DNA of 64,000 nt, taken from assembly GCA_964016885.1 (NCBI GenBank), contig OZ024743.1:196106001-196170000 (forward strand). Direction: 5' to 3'. The position numbers and the translations under genes are program-made. Origin of the DNA: Eledone cirrhosa (Eukaryota). The notes below the pieces were generated by a model. It saw only the letters and a program-made list of their open reading frames with translations, had not been told where the DNA came from and searched no databases. Of the stretch, positions 26,255 to 40,990 are shown piece by piece (the stretch's first letter is position 1; each line of letters starts with the position of its first letter).

Positions 26255-26425
26255 CTACTTTTGGCACAAGGCCAGCAATTACCCAGTGTATTACTGGTAC
26301 TTTATTTTATCGACCCCATAAGGATGAAAGGCAAAGTTAACCTCGACGGTATTTGAACTCAGAATGGCAAGGGCCGTACTCTATGCGTCAAAGCATGGCG
26401 TCCGACCCTCTACCGATACTGCCAA
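26255..26425 (-). mobile_element. tRNA-derived SINE (cephalopod OR/OK-like family)
   Basis: GGCACAAGGCCAGCAA..GTACTTTATTTTATCGACCCC..GGATGAAAGGCAAAG..TTTGAACTCAG; B-box GAGTTCAAA on the minus strand. Confidence 0.85.
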
Positions 26426-26574
26426 TTAGTAAGGTAGTCTTATCATATCTAAAAGAATCGGGGTGGGTGGTGTTGTGAGTAAACAACAACACTATATAAG
26501 CAATTGCTTATTTACATATTTTATATAGAAAGATCTTTCGGGCCTACTAAAGTACTTGGAGTTATGTAAATTAG

Positions 26575-26770
26575 AGCGTCTGACAATAAGCTTTGCGGCA
26601 CAGAGTTACGGACCTTTACGGTTCAATTTCCACTGAGGTTAGCTTTGCCCTTCATCCTTACAGAGTCGATAAAATAAAGCACCAGTAATGTTCTGGCGTC
26701 GATTTAATCGACTTTCCCCTCCCCTTCAAATTGCTGGCCTTGTGCCTAAATCAGAAGCCATTATTATTAG
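26575..26770 (+). mobile_element. tRNA-derived SINE, same family
   Basis: GGTTCAATT..CTTTGCCCTTCATCC..GTCGATAAAATAAAG..GCTGGCCTTGTGCC then TTA tail. Confidence 0.8.
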
Positions 26771-27271
26771 TAGTAGTAATAGAAGTAGTATCATTATCCT
26801 CCTCCTCCTCATCATCATCATCATCAAATCATATCATCGTCATCATCCTCATTCATTGCAGATGAACCTTGAGCCATAATCAACGACCGGGGTCGTCTTT
26901 GGGATCTTTTGTCAGCTAAACTTTCTCGCATTTTCTTGGGGATTTTTGCGGTTTTGTTAAACATTTCTATTAGAAATTCGATCGATACCAAACTTCTTCA
27001 TTCAGCTATTGTACAATGCCATTCCCTTCTGTAGACGAGTTGATAATAATGGATTTTCATTACACTGTTGCTGTTCATACCCCCTATTTATTCTGTCCAC
27101 ATTTTCTAGTTATAACTACGAGCAATATTGTCGCGCTTCCTTTTGTCGAGGTATACAGCATTCGTCCACTATTTGGCTAGTGATTTCACATTTTTCAGCA
27201 CAGATAGTGAGTGAAAATGTTCATCAATTAGAAGTTACAACTGACGTACAAATTAATACTTCAGTTCTAAT

Positions 27272-27492
27272 CCAGGTAGAGCCACTACTTCTCCGAATTG
27301 AAAGATCACAGCTCCGATACTATTGGCATGTGGTTAGAATTTCTCAGGAAAGAATCACTGGACAGATTTTACGAGCAAAACCAACTGGCTTGATACCCAG
27401 GGAAAACCCCAAGCAAGAGGGTTAGATAACATTTATGAGCTTGGCTGTTCTCGCTTGGGTATCCAGTCAGATCAGTTGGTTCTGACCCGCTG
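27272..27492 (+). mobile_element. RTE-clade LINE 3' fragment
   Basis: VEPLLLRIERSQLRYYWHVVRISQERITGQILRAKPTG, an RTE-type C-terminus, followed by (GAA)n. Confidence 0.7.
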
Positions 27493-27660
27493 GAAGAAGA
27501 AGAAGAAGAAGAAGAAGAAGAAGAAGAAGAAGAAGAAGAAGAAGAAGAAGAAGAAGAAGAAGAAGAAGAAGAAGAAGAAGAAGAAGAAGAAGAAGAAGAA
27601 GAAGAAGAAGAAGAAGAAGAAGAAGAAGAAGAAGAAGAAGAAGAAGAAGAAGAAGAAGAA
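27493..27660. repeat. (GAA)n microsatellite
   Basis: Pure array. Confidence 0.98.
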
Positions 27661-28120
27661 TTTCATGACAGAAAATGAAGTTATTTTCAACAAAAACAGC
27701 AACATGCATTACATTAAGCGAACAAATGCAGGAAAAGATCGAATTAAAGGATAGAGAAGACTGTCTCAGTCTTTCTTCATTGACCAGTAATCACTTCAAT
27801 AGTCGGAATCCATATGTGAATTACCTGGCAGAAAAAACGTCTCTCTTCTAATGCTACGTGACAAAAGACAGAAAATAAAATGACATAAAAGACCCTGGAT
27901 CCTTTCTTTTGTCCGTGAAAGTGTAATGCTTGAAAGTGTAATGCTTGAGCTCCATGTCATGGGCATGGAGGTTCATATGGTCAGAATTGTTGGGATGTAA
28001 ACCCGATAACGGTTTTTCTGAATGGCAATTTCTCTTTCGTATCGTATTTGTTTCTTTTTTTTTGGGGGGGGGGGGGGATCATATATATTGTGGAATTATT
28101 TATATATATATATATATATA

Positions 28121-28300
28121 TATGAAAAGATTCAGGACCCTGACGGCTGAGCTCCAGCCATTTCGACAGCTACATCTAGCTGTCGAAACAGCCAGAGCTC
28201 AGCCGTCCACGTCCTGAATCTGTTCATATTACCTAGTCTACTACTCCAAGTATCGAGTACTCTGGTGGGTTATGCTCCACCTGGTATTTTACCACACCCT
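28121..28300 (+). mobile_element. Fold-back mini-element with the 3' half of a hammerhead (family H1)
   Basis: Imperfect palindrome 28121-28228 beside (TA)n; GAAAC..GCCGTC motif; tail homologous to 37979-38050. Confidence 0.65.
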
Positions 28301-28415
28301 ATCTGAGAGAGAGAGAGAGAAGAAAAAAAATGTGGACGTTAGAAAGCGTTCTATACAGATCATATTATATAAGGCTAAAAGAAAATTGTTTGAAAAGGGC
28401 ACCTGGTATATGTAT

Positions 28416-28492
<77 letters not shown>

Positions 28493-29199
28493 TATAAAGT
28501 ATCCTTATAATGTGTAAAAAAATTGATGTTAGATATTGATGTTTAGCAAAGCCTACGTTAGCCGTATTGGAATATCAAAATATTTGTTATTAGGCTTTTA
28601 TTTCTCGTTAAAATCCTGCATGCATTACAGAGGAAACAAGCTTTGCTAAAAATCAATTTTTTAACAAATATTTTATAAAAATCCTTTATATATACTAGCT
28701 ATTCTTTTCAAACCCTTTTCTTTCATCATTTTCCTTTTATGTATATATATATTTTTTTTTATATGTATAATGGTTGTTTATATAACCAATTATTTGTTGT
28801 GTGTGTTCTTATGTGTGTGTACGTCAGTTGAGATAACTTCACAAAAAAAATGGATTTGACCGCCATTCAATTGATAAAAGATTTTTTTGTTTTATTTCTT
28901 AAACAGGGGACATCTTGATGTTTACCCCATTACCTGAGGTAGAAAGAAATCTCTGCCTTCAAGACATTTTATTTAATTTTCAAAAACAGTTATTGTTTAC
29001 AAGTTGTTCAAGATGGCTTCTTCTTTATCTTCGGCTGAACATATGCCCCCAAGAATTTCGATAAAACATTTCAAAACAAGAACGCTGAATATAAAAAAAG
29101 AAGACAAGCTGTACACAAAAAAAGATGAGACGAAGCTACAAAATACTGATGTTGTACACAACAATAAGTGACAATTCTAAACACTGGCTCTTGCAGCAG

Positions 29200-29410
29200 T
29201 TGGTAAAATTATTAGATCGTAGGATTTAGTGCTTAACATTATTTCTTTACGACCTTTTACGCCGTGAGTTCAAATCCCACTGATGTTGGCTTTGCTATTA
29301 ATTCTTCCGAGTCGAATAAAATAAATTACCATTTAAGTACTGGGGTCGATTTAATCGACTTACCCATCACCCAATGTTGCTGACTTCCTACCAAAATTAG
29401 TAACCATGGT
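29200..29410 (+). mobile_element. tRNA-derived SINE (diverged)
   Basis: GAGTTCAAATCCC..AGTACTGGGGTCGATTTAATCGAC. Confidence 0.75.
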
Positions 29411-29810
29411 TATTGTTATTACCATCAAGACAAAAACACTGGACGTAGATCAATCACTGAATAAAAAAATAAACGCGAGAGATCTATGTTACGAGGATGA
29501 GTAGGAATACATCTAAGGAAGGACGAAGAAGAAAATAACATAACTCTGTTTGCAAAAAGTTGAGAAAACTAACAGATCACCCCCCCCCCCCATAAACAAT
29601 TGTCATAGTTGTTATAGTTTATCTTTAAGGTGCAGAAAAAGACGTTCGAGCATGAGGAGCTAGTGCATCACACCCCCACTATATATGAGGTGACGGATTA
29701 TAGGAATTTCAGCTGTTATATGTCGTGACCTTGACCTTGGCTCAAATAACTTTTGCAGAGTGTTGAACGCTGGGGAGACAGGAAATATAACATGGCCTGA
29801 CAGTCTAGGT

Positions 29811-32269
29811 CACAGGTTCTGAACCCATTTAGGCCAAACGTCCCCTTTTGTCCCTTGAAATCACGAAACGCCCCCTACCCTATTTTCTCATTTTTCAATA
29901 TACTACTGATTTTGATATCAGGAGATTACTAAAAATTGATTTACAATATTCCAAAGATACCATTGCAGGCAGCTGAGAGTATAAATACATTCCTTGAAAG
30001 GAAATATATAAATTTCAAAAAAAGGAACATAAATGTTCTTTTTTGTGAATAAGGACCAGTTGAATTTGTTATATTCCCACAGGCGATACCAGCTACTTTG
30101 AACATTTATACAAGAGCAACTCTATGTATCCAAAGAGTGCTCTTATCTGGAAGAAAGTGGCAATTGTATCATTTCAAAGCTTTCCAATTTTCCCTTTAAT
30201 GAAACGGACAGAATGAATGTTGATATCTAACTTGATGCCCCCTCCGCTTTGTGAGCTTAGAGACCATGGAAGAGGGTTTTCATGACCATATAAGAGGGTA
30301 TAATTATTAGTAAATGGTAAAATATATACAACAAATGAGTAAGTGAATTGTTATAGATGGTTTCCAGTTCAGTCAGACTGCAACTAAAAATAAAAAAATT
30401 GTTAGTTTGCTTTGTAACAATAGTATATCCAAGTTTTCGGATGAATCAACTTACGGATGAATCAACTTACTTTGACCTCATTTCAATGGAACCCTTGAGC
30501 TTCATGGTGTCTAGCTAACTCTTTGACGTGAGGCTGAATTTTCCTAAGATGTAGCTAGGGATCTCCACGTGTAATTACATTGTAGCGGTTGCGAGCCTTA
30601 CTGTGCAGTCTGGAAACGGCACCAAACCTCTTCTCGACTAAGTATGAGCTTGGAAAAGGCAGAGCAAATCTCTTAGCCTCTGCATGTAGGAGTGGAAATC
30701 GACGCTGAATTTCCTCTTGCATCCAAAAAAGTGGTTTATCTATTTTGGGAAATATAATTTTGATCATGTCATCTGCTTGAAGTTCAATGAATTCTTCCTG
30801 AAATTTAACGTCCAAATTGTCAATGTTAGCTATGAGGGATCTGCTAACCACATTAGGATGTCCATCGGCAAAAGGTCGACAAACCGTTCTCTCATGTTGT
30901 CTTGTAGCGCACGAAGGTGAGCTGTATAAATTTGGAGTTGGTAATCGCTTACAATGTTTTGAGCATATGCGACACTAGTAAAATTATAGAATTCCCGTCA
31001 ATTAAGAATCCTTTCGATGACATTCAATTTGTCCAGGAATGTTTTCACAATATTCCTTGCTTTAAGCAAAGTGATCTTCTTCCCCTGCAAAGCCATAATG
31101 ACGCTATTGCATTTGTCGAAGATGTCCACGAGGTAGGCGCAATCTTGCCTCGCATCGAGGGTTTTCTTGTACAGTTATTGTTGTGTCTTCGAAGAAACTC
31201 AATGATAGAGTCGAACAGTTCAAAGAAGTGAGTAAGGCATTTGCTCTTTGAAAACCACCTCACTTCATTATGAAGGAGCAACTTGACGAATTATTCGTCA
31301 TTATCTTAGCACAGTTGCCGGAAAATTCGTTCATTGAGGGCATGGCATTTGATAACATTGATGAGATCAATGGCTACCTGCAAGGACTTGCTCAGCGACT
31401 CGCTGAGTTTCTTCGCAGCCAAGTGTTGTCGATGAATGACACAATGAACAGAAAATACAGATAGACTTTCTCTCTTCAGAAGAGTGATGAAACCCTTATG
31501 TGGCCGACCATTGCTCTTGCGTCGTCCGTAGCACATGATGCAATTTGTTTTGTATGTAGTTCTAGATATATGTATTACCTGCTTATGTATTGCATGTGGT
31601 CCCAGCTGTATGTATTACCTGCTTGTGTGTTGTATGTGGTCCTAGATGTGTGTATTACCTCCTTATATGCTGTATGCGGTCCTAGGTGTGTGTACTGATT
31701 TTGTATTGTATGTGGTCCTAGATGTGTGTGCTACCTAATTATGTGTTGTATGTGGTCCTAGATGTGTGTATTACCTGCTTATGTGTTGTATGTGGTCCTA
31801 GATGTGTGTGCTACCCGCTTCTGTGTATTTTCTTTTCTTTTTTATTTGTAATATTATTTATACAATAGCGAATAAAATAGATCTACATAGTGTTAACGCG
31901 TTACGTTGAATCAATAATTTCAGACATGAAATACATTGTTATCGGTGAAGGAAAGACAAGATTCTAACTGGCTGCGCTTAAAGTGTCCTTGGCCCAGTTG
32001 ACTGTGGGCTTTTCCATTTTTAGGATCTCAATTGCCGGTTAATGCATAGACACGCCTGCACACCTGCTCACAGCTGCGGTCAGACCATAGTTATGTTGTC
32101 TATATGCTCATTCAATTGCATTCACACTGGCTGTCTGAGATACATAGAAATATGGCTTACAAAACTTACCAAAGTAAAGAGCCTTCCACCCCCCAACCCA
32201 ACCCCACCCCCACCACCCCATTCCAAAACGTCCCCCAGGGGTGCATATGCCACTCGTTGAGAAACTTTG
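29811..32269 (-). mobile_element. hAT Buster/Charlie DNA transposon remnant
   Basis: TIRs CACAGGTTCTGAAC / CAAAGTTTCTCAAC; 8-bp TSD GTCTAGGT (29803-29810) / GTCTAGAT (32270-32277); transposase relics HCVIHRQHLAAK, LLHNEVRWFSK, LPFPSSYLVEK (30555-31536). Confidence 0.85.
31550..31828. repeat. 40-bp minisatellite, about 7 copies
   Basis: TGTGGTCCTA recurs at 31711, 31751 and 31791. Confidence 0.9.
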
Positions 32270-32653
32270 GTCTAGATGATCCATAAATGCTACAAATCTA
32301 TTTCGGTGATGTAAATTGTCATACGATAAGATGAAAAAGCCTGCAAGGTTAAGGCCAAGCTTTTATACAATTGGCAACATGAGAGGTTTCATCCTGGATC
32401 ATCTGGGAGAACAGAGAAAGAGACTGAAAGCATCAGACAACAAATTGCAACAGTAACAACAGCAAGGTCCAGAAAAACTTATTTTTCTAGATCACCTGAA
32501 AAAATTAACTGAAAAAATTACCGCATACCACATTAGCAACTAAGAATCCGAGAGGGCCACATCTAAGAGACCCACCCCGTCTTCATAAGAAGATAGCAAG
32601 GAAAATAAAAGACGAAGGGTAGTATAGAGACGCAGAGAAAAAAAACATGCTAG

Positions 32654-32840
32654 AAAATAATGTAAGCTAAGTCTGTGGTCAAGCAAAATCCAAAATGAGA
32701 AGCTCACCTCCCTCTGGTAAATCATGGGGTTTACAATTCGATTCATGAAATAATGTAAGCTAAGTATGTGGTCAAGCAAAATCCAAAATGAGAAGCTCAC
32801 CTCCCTCTGGTAAGTCATGGGGTTTGCAATTCGATTCATG
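32654..32840. repeat. 93-bp tandem duplication (2 copies)
   Basis: TGTAAGCTAAG at 32661 and 32754; near-identical units. Confidence 0.92.
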
Positions 32841-33224
32841 ACCAATGTATTACTGATTAATCATTTGAATGACTTAGAGGATGGATAGAGGTAGCGACAT
32901 GCTAATTGAGGATTATGGAGTTTGATTTTGTGGAATAGGTAAAGGAGAATGCTTGTGAAAAACTAACCAGCTGTCGTTCAAAAACTACATGCGCACTACC
33001 CAGATGACATAGCAAAATTTGAGCTTAGAACAACACTGCGAATACTCACCGATAGCAGAAGGGATTCCACTTTCCAGTTGAAGCACAAAGGAATAAGGAT
33101 GGTGGAATGTCTTGATCCAACTTCTGACCCACGTGTGATTGGATTGCTATTATGTGTTTATTTCTATTTCATTTGTAATCATTTCACCTCACTTTATATA
33201 TTAATCCATTATTTATTAGGGCGG

Positions 33225-33410
33225 TGGATTGGAAAAATCGGTAGAGCGCCGGACACCCTGCTTTGCAGCATAGAGTTAGAGCCGAAGTTAGCTTTGCCTT
33301 TCATCCTCACGAGAGCAATAAAATAAGCACCAGTAATGCACTGGGTTCGATTTAATCGACTTTCCTCTCCCTGAAATTGCTGGCTTTGTGTTTATAGTAG
33401 AAACCATTAT
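33225..33410 (+). mobile_element. tRNA-derived SINE
   Basis: Same core CTTTGCCTTTCATCC..CACTGGGTTCGATTTAATCGAC. Confidence 0.75.
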
Positions 33411-33696
33411 TTGTGAATTATATCTAATTATTGTTTATGTCAAACTAATTTTTCTTATATCTGGAGTCAGTGTACAGGATCTCCTCGACATCAAACCGGA
33501 TGACATCAACAAGATCCCAAACCTCAGGAAGAGTGGGCTTCCGTGATTTAGTTAAGAGCAGAAGACCCCGTTCTCATCTGTGTGGGCAAAATGGTCACTT
33601 TTTATACCCTCAATGAGAAGACCCCCTTACTGTCAACACCAGGGTCCCCAAAACCGCAACTTCAACAGCGGCACCACCAAACTTGGCAGCAACAAC

Positions 33697-33757
<61 letters not shown>

Positions 33758-33989
33758 TGTAGTAACATTTCCTGTAGTCTGTTGCTACTGATTTCAATGT
33801 TGTGGCTGCTGATGCTGCTGTTGAAACTCTTGTAATTGTTGCGGTTATTGTTGTGGTGGTGGTGATGGTTGCTGTTATTAATGTGACTAAAATGTTTGCT
33901 TTAAACACTGATCTGAGTTTATTTATTGATTAATCTGTGATAACGATCTAAAGAAGTTATTAAAATACCCATGCTTTCAGGTGTTATGG

Positions 33990-34148
33990 TTGCAATGCAT
34001 GTGTGTATATATCTGTTTATGTGTGTGTATGCAATGCATGTGTGTATAAATCTGTTTATGTGTGTGTATGCAATGCATGTGTGTATAAATCTGTTTATGT
34101 GTGTATGCAATGCATGTGTGTATATATCTGTTTATGTGTGTGTATGTA
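33990..34148. repeat. ~40-bp minisatellite, 4 copies
   Basis: TGCAATGCATGTGTGTATA.ATCTGTTTATGTGTG repeated. Confidence 0.88.
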
Positions 34149-34247
34149 TCGGTGAATGTTGTTCTTTATATGTGTACATAACTGCACTTGCTTTAGCATA
34201 TGTATTTTTTATGTCACCCTTCTCTCACTTTCTCCCGGGCTCTTTAA

Positions 34248-34289
<42 letters not shown>

Positions 34290-34322
34290 ATGTATGTAAG
34301 TATGTATGTATAAATACAAAAT

Positions 34323-34392
<70 letters not shown>

Positions 34393-35072
34393 GTCTATAT
34401 GTGTGTGTGTGTTTGTTTGTGCATGTATGAGTATACAAAAATTTGTACGCACATAAAGATATCCTAGTATCTGCTATATTGTACTGAACAACCTGCCAAA
34501 AAACGAGATGATAAAAATGATTAACACACCATAATTCTTTAAAAAGAACTTAAATGAACTACGCAGTATATGTTATATAACTTCTCTCACTTCTTGCCTA
34601 CAGGAGACGATATATACCCCAACAGTGCCTGGCTTTAATTTTATCTCTCTAGACGTTTAAAAACATGTCTAGCATATCAAGAACTTTATCAAATCTTAAA
34701 AGATGTATTTCGTTCTAAGCAGTAAATAAATATAAATGTTTAAATGGTGTTGGTGTTGTTACTGTTGCTCTTGCTGTTGTTGCTGTTGTTGCTGCTATTG
34801 CTGGTGGTTGCTGTTGTCAGTGATTGCTGCTGTTGCTGCTGTGTAACCAGAATCCGACTCTGGTTGAACAGACATATGATTAAAGACATTCCAACCGTGA
34901 CCTTTATGAATAATGGAATAATGATATTCAGCACAATGGATCAGAGTGAGGAGAGGAACATTTTTAATAGCATTGCAAGCATATTATAGAAAACTGCAAA
35001 AATCTCTCCACTTCCACCAAAAGTAATATAACTGTAAAATGGCCTCCTGTGTTTTGTTTGTTTCATTTATCA

Positions 35073-35223
<151 letters not shown>

Positions 35224-36577
35224 AACATGGCATAGATTGATTACCGAAAAGTATTTCATTCAACATCAATCTCTCGGATGCTGGATATACATTATATGAT
35301 TAAAAGTATGCCCAATAGTAACAAATCAACCATGCCATGGCAAGGGCAAGGGGAGATAATTAAAACAAGCTCTATACTTGTTTTACGTAGATACGTTACC
35401 TACTTTAGGATTTTTTTCCTAGCTCTGATTCCATTAAATCTTAATGACCTCAACCATATGAAACCGCATTAGCAAGACATTCTTAAAAAGCACAAAATTG
35501 TTTTACGACTGCATCATATTTACAGCTAAAGTCTTTACTTTAATGTTATACATTTTCACAACGATCTATCTACTAGTAAAGATATTATAAACATTTTCAT
35601 TAACGAACCTACTTTAGATATTGTTACTGAAACTGTCGTTACAATGAACATCCTTCGTTTACACACAAACACACATACGCATACATATATACATAAAATA
35701 ATGATTTCTACTATAGGACAGGGGGGGAACGTCGATTAAATTGACCCCAGTGCATTATTGTTGCTTTATATTATCGACGCCGCTATGAAAAAAAGACAAC
35801 GCGTGATGAGAAAGACTTACTTAATTGTACATTTTAATACGTGTTTCCTAACATATTGAAATACACGTACTCCGTGAATTATTGGAACTTGTAAAATACC
35901 TGTGGATTAACACCTGGTATCTTATATCACAGGACTCAATTATGCACGTCGAGAAATCTATTCGGTAAGCTTCTTTTTCATTACAGTTGCATAATCATTC
36001 CACAAGTTTGATATTACCAACGAAAAGTGAAAAGTGACTTATCTTCTTCTATATGTATATATATATATATGAAGAAGTATATATATTTCTACACGAGTAT
36101 AGATACAAGTATAGATGCATGCAGAGCGTCCAACTGATACTAATTTTGTTTCTATGAGTTAATAAAATCAATAGATTCAGAGCCTAATAAAATCATATAT
36201 GGGAAAAGCAAACAAGATAAGAAAAAAATGTTTTGCTTACTCACGTTGTGAAAACGATCTAAAGAAGTTATTAAAATACCCATGCTTTCAGGTGTTATGA
36301 TTGCATATGCATGTGTGTATACTGCAGTTTCATTGAGAAAATAACGATACTCCGGGAAATCTCAAATCATCAGGAGACTTTCTCGATCCAGAAATAAAAT
36401 TCAAGACAAGAATTCCCAGCCGTTTGCTGTTAGTGAAAATTTCGAATGAAAGAACTATCACGTGACAAATGACCAACAGGAGGGTAGTAAATGTGGATTA
36501 TGGCAGGCTACGTGCTACTAGAAAGTAGTTCGATTCGGTCAAATTTTAACTATACCTTAAGAGAGTGTATTATTGAA

Positions 36578-36755
36578 TTGGCAGTATTGGTAGAGGGTCA
36601 GACATGCTTTACAGCGTAGTTACGTCCCTTTACGATCTGAGTTCAAATCCCGCCGAGGTTAACTTTGCCTTTCATCCTTACGGGGTCGATAAAATAAAGT
36701 ACCAGTAATACACTGGGTCATTGCTGGCCTTGTGCCAAAAGTAGAAACAATTATA
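36578..36755 (+). mobile_element. tRNA-derived SINE, well preserved
   Basis: TGGCAGTATTGG (A-box-like), GAGTTCAAATCCC (B-box), core, and GGCCTTGTGCCAAAA tail. Confidence 0.88.
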
Positions 36756-37398
36756 TATTAAATGAAGAAGTTTATATATTTCTACACGAGTATAGATACA
36801 TACAGAGCGTCAAACTGCATACATTTCACTGCATTGCCGAAATAATGCAGATGAGTATGTGTAATATGTTGCAATATGTTGCTATGAAAAATTAGAATAT
36901 TGGAAAATCATAAATCACCTGAGTTAATTACTTAGTATGAAATAAATAGTCTAGTTTGTGTTAACATATTTATTGTAATAGGTATCAAAAAGGTAATTAA
37001 AAAAGATATATGCGATGTGGAAGCCTAGTCGCTTTGATTTGAAAAAGATTTTCATGTATATAAATATAATTTAAAGCTTATATAAAAAAAAGTATAAATG
37101 ATCCTATATAATATTTCTATGGTTTACAATACTTTGTAATAGACAGGCTGTATATAATAGGCAGTTGGTATTAACTATCAGATAAATAATAGTTAATAGG
37201 TTTATATAAGATATGACACGTTGGCACGTTGTATAGCTGAATATATTGAACGCTCTGAGTTCAAATCCTACAGAGTTCTCAGCTAAGCTGTTTGTCCTTT
37301 CAAAGTCGATAAGAAAGTACCAACCTAGTACTGGGTCAAATTCTTCTTCTATATCACTTTCTCATTTCCTCTCTATCCTTCTACCTCTCTTCTCTCTA

Positions 37399-37477
<79 letters not shown>

Positions 37478-37651
37478 GTACCTCTCTCTCTCTCTCTCTC
37501 GTTTTCCTTTGGAAGTAATCGGCTGTGTTCTGACCTGGATAGGAGATTGTCTCCACTAGGTTTAAAGTGCCACCGTATGTCACAATGACGCCCCTACATA
37601 CACACCCATAGACCAACAGCCACCCACCAACACACACACACACACAGACAC

Positions 37652-37684
<33 letters not shown>

Positions 37685-37826
37685 TATTTTCTATTTCTAT
37701 TTCTATTCTGTGTGCCCCCCCCCCCCTCGACGCGCAGAGGCCATGGTGGTGCACCGCCACCGAAGCTACACTTTCTATGATTGGCCATGATACAAAAGGG
37801 AGTTATATATATATATATATATATAA

Positions 37827-38057
37827 AGGAAAATGTATGACCCCGACGGCAGAGCTCAAGCCGTTTCGACGGCTATTTCTGGACTAAATTAGAATTTACC
37901 ACGCTAAAAATTCTAATTTAGTCCAGAAATAGCCGTCGAGACGGCTTGAGCTCTGCCGTCGGGGTCATACATTTTCCTATTACCCACTCTACTACCCTAA
38001 GTATTGAGTACTCTGGTGCGTTATGGTCCATCTGGTTCCTCCCCACAACTCCTTCGT
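37827..38057 (+). mobile_element. Fold-back mini-element in (TA)n, family H1
   Basis: Near-perfect 152-bp palindrome 37827-37978; GAAA-CGGC-TTGAGCTCT-GCCG-TC hammerhead stem III and cleavage triplet. Confidence 0.75.
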
Positions 38058-39123
38058 TATATATATATATATATAAATGAAAGATGAAATGATCACTGCT
38101 GTAACACCTTTGTTCCTATATCTTTTCGATCAGGACTTACCTTGGGCTGTACAACAACAGCAACTTATATTCTTTTGATAATTTAGCGTAAATGTATTTT
38201 CTTTGTTTTGTACTTGACAATGTTTCTCTCTAGTTACTTGTAGATTTGACATGTATCGTAATAACATCCACCATACATCTCTAGAATTCATAATTACATT
38301 GTTGCAGTAATTACCAGGTTATCACTAATAATTAACTGTAATGTATTAATCAGTAGATTCCTAATGCTTTTTTATTTCTTATTTTCTTTAATTATCTTTG
38401 TTTGAACTGTAAATTACAAAATCTTGAATATGTTGTATTGTATCTCGAGAAAGATCACCAATAAGCAAGTAACCTTTTAAAAAAACGTCGAGGTAAAAAT
38501 GAAGAAATCAAAGAACAGAAAATAAATTCGGTTATAATGTACATCTATTGCCATTACTGCAATTGCTGTTGTTTCTTTTGATAGTGTTACTAGAAATACT
38601 ACTTTACCAAAGATTAATACTCTCGTACTATTTAAATAGAGCATCGTCATAGGGCAAAATGACTTAGGTCTTTTTTTTTTTTAATTAGATGCTTCGCTTC
38701 TCTGAGTTCTAATTTCATTGTCGTTGAATTTGTTTTTCATCAGTGTGTTGTTAATAAAATAGATAGTAGCTATATATCTGTATCAATCAAATCCCACTCT
38801 CCACCAAAAGGTTGGCTTTGTGCCAAAGTAAGAAATCATTATTATCTCGCATCTCATCAAACACAAATTGTATGACTTACTGAAATACTCCAAAACCATA
38901 GGATTTAAAACAATTTATATTAATGAACAGCGAATTTAAGCTCCTTTCTTGACAAACTGCCAAGTTTCCATCAAGCCATTCCTTTACATGACATTCCTCA
39001 TTAAGAAAGAATCTGTCAAATCTTATTAACTTTTCTCATAAACACCTATATAATAAAACTTATTTTTAAACAAAGCTTAAAACTTTTAATGTGGTTGGTA
39101 ATATAATAGAATAAAACATCTGA

Positions 39124-40990
<1,867 letters not shown>

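Noticed and set aside
31550-31828. Regularly spaced repeats resembling a CRISPR array
   Set aside because: Contiguous tandem units without unique spacers, no cas genes, eukaryotic context.
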